From Oscillospiraceae bacterium (GTDB lineage Bacteria; Bacillota; Clostridia; Oscillospirales; Acutalibacteraceae): a stretch of DNA of 64,000 bases. The notes beneath the pieces were generated by a model. It was not told where the DNA came from. It saw only the letters and a program-made list of their open reading frames with translations, and did not search any database. Made by a program: the position numbers and the translations under genes. Below are positions 62,732 through 64,000 of this stretch, piece after piece (within the stretch, counting starts at the first letter, position 1; each line of letters starts with the position of its first letter). The stretch spans positions 14,487-78,486 of the forward strand of contig JAQXSW010000015.1 of assembly GCA_029219165.1 (NCBI GenBank), given 5' to 3'.

Positions 62732-63616
62732 TTACTTTTGCCAAATTGCGGAAGCACCACAAGGAAGATGAAGCCCGGTATTGGTTGTCATAAGACCTAT
62801 TTCATCACATGAAACTTTTCCACCAAACTTTGGAACAATCAAACTTCCGAGTATATAGTTCATAACAGATGGAGAAAGTCCGGTTGTATAGGAATTAATC
62901 AAAACCATCAGAGGAGCATCAGATAAAACCTGTGATGTAAGCTCTACAAAATCATATACTGTGTCTTCAAGCTTCCAGATTTCTCCACCCGGTCCCCTTC
63001 CATAGGAAGGCGGATCCATGATTATAATGTCGTATTTATTACCACGTCTTATTTCACGTTGTACAAACTTGACGCAGTCATCAACAAGATATCTTACGTG
63101 TCTGTCAGAGAAACCTGACAACACAACATTCTCCTTTGCATACTGAACCATGCCTTTAGACGCGTCAACGTGTACAACGTGAGCATCCTCAGATAGAGCC
63201 GCTACGGTAGCACCGCCGGTGTAGGCAAAAAGGTTAAGAACCTTTATTTCCTCACGCCCCTCGGCCTTAGCAGCCCGAATTACCTCGCGGAGAAAGTCCC
63301 AGTTAACTGCTTGCTCCGGAAAAAGGCCGGTATGCTTAAAGCCCATAGGCTTTATTTTAAATTTTAAATCCTTGTAGGAAATTTCCCACTCTTCCGGAAA
63401 GTTCTTATATACTTCCCAACTACCGCCACCCTTTTGAGAACGGTGATATCTTGCATCCGCATTTTTCCAAGCGGGATGTGTCTTTGGGGTTTTCCAAATA
63501 ACCTGTGGATCAGGCCTTATAAGAGTTACGTTTCCCCAGCGCTCTAATCTTTCTCCGGAAGACGAGTCAAGGAGTTCGTAATCCTTCCAATCTTTAGTTG
63601 CCCTCAATGGGGTCAC
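62732..63616 (-). CDS. Class I SAM-dependent methyltransferase (RlmI/RlmK-like rRNA methyltransferase fold)
   Basis: SAM motif I is [10 protein letters not shown] and motif IV is DPPSYGRG. The start is uncertain: GTG at 63616 or TTG at 63607. Confidence 0.65.
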   Translation of the reverse strand: MTPLRATKDWKDYELLDSSSGERLERWGNVTLIRPDPQVIWKTPKTHPAWKNADARYHRSQKGGGSWEVYKNFPEEWEISYKDLKFKIKPMGFKHTGLFPEQAVNWDFLREVIRAAKAEGREEIKVLNLFAYTGGATVAALSEDAHVVHVDASKGMVQYAKENVVLSGFSDRHVRYLVDDCVKFVQREIRRGNKYDIIIMDPPSYGRGPGGEIWKLEDTVYDFVELTSQVLSDAPLMVLINSYTTGLSPSVMNYILGSLIVPKFGGKVSCDEIGLMTTNTGLHLPCGASAIWQK

Positions 63617-63621
63617 CTCAC

Positions 63622-64000
63622 TCAGATAAGTCTTTCTTTAACTACTTCAACAATTTCGTCAGCAAGTCTATCAATTTGGGCTTCGTCTTTACCTTCAAGC
63701 ATTACACGAACAAGAGGCTCTGTTCCGGACACACGAACAAGAACACGACCTGTGTCCCCAAGTTCCTCTTCTGCTTTCTTTATTGCAATCTTTATTTCTT
63801 CATCGTCGTTAAATCTAGCTTTACCAAAATTTGAAACTCTGACATTTTTAAGAACTTGTGGGAAGATTTCCATAACAGATGCAAGCTCTGACAGGTTCTT
63901 TCCTGTTCTCTTTATTGCACGAAGAAGTTGGACTGCTGTAAGCTGTCCGTCCCCGGTTGTTGCATAGTCAAGGAAAATAACGTGTCCTGACTGCTCACCA
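63622..64000 (-). CDS. glmM: Phosphoglucosamine mutase, 3' part only (5' end lies beyond the window)
   Basis: The translation runs open to the window edge (...GEQSGHVIFLDYATTGDGQLTAVQLL...RVLVRVSGTEPLVRVMLEG...), which is the typical GlmM C-terminus. Confidence 0.85.
   Translation of the reverse strand, partial: GEQSGHVIFLDYATTGDGQLTAVQLLRAIKRTGKNLSELASVMEIFPQVLKNVRVSNFGKARFNDDEEIKIAIKKAEEELGDTGRVLVRVSGTEPLVRVMLEGKDEAQIDRLADEIVEVVKERLI

Overview
64-kb chromosomal window from a low-GC, spore-forming Firmicute. It looks Clostridia / Ruminococcaceae-like, but that is inferred only from gene content (sigK, spoIIID, Gram-positive type IV pilus genes, ECF transporter, T-box). Coding density is high and most genes are on the minus strand.

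Contents in order:
1. 1-12.2 kb: a complete Gram-positive type IV pilus (T4P) locus. It has two tandem pilin genes, pilD, pilC, pilM/N/O-like genes, three minor-pilin genes (two of them very large, 553 and 825 aa) and a separately promoted pilB.
2. 12.3-21.8 kb: pro-sigma-K, tsf, rpsB, a ComEC-type MBL protein, ygiQ, ftsK and uppP.
3. 22.1-26.9 kb: aconitase, isocitrate dehydrogenase, rex, a hypothetical gene and spoIIID.
4. 26.9-36.3 kb: one apparent minus-strand operon. It encodes a tandem-fused M42 peptidase, a GNAT-like protein, a phosphohexomutase, larE, larB, a stand-alone LarC C-terminal domain and a 943-aa Fe-S flavoprotein.
5. 36.4-48.6 kb: a single 12.2-kb gene for a 4055-aa surface protein. 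It has two glycine-rich head domains, MucBP / Listeria-Bacteroides / Ig-like / MBG-like modules, five CnaB/SdrD-like repeats and a non-canonical sorting signal.
6. 48.8-51.9 kb: a tryptophan (UGG) T-box leader controlling a BMP/TrpX-type ABC transporter.
7. 51.9-64 kb: degV, a pckA gene broken by two in-frame stop codons, four tRNAs (Gly, Arg, His, Gln), a ClpC-like ATPase with a zinc-ribbon N-terminus, pgsA, a hypothetical gene, truA, ecfT/A2/A1, an rRNA-type methyltransferase and the 3' part of glmM.

I saw no CRISPR array, rRNA, transposase or integrase, prophage, or recognisable defence system, and I cannot point to one clearly novel multi-gene system. The best candidates for follow-up are:
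- the giant modular minor pilins of the T4P locus
- the giant adhesin with ALK-like glycine-rich domains
- the larE-larB-larC2 cluster, which lacks larA and larC1
- the doubly nonsense-interrupted pckA behind Rex-like operators

All family assignments come from motifs read by eye. No searches were run.
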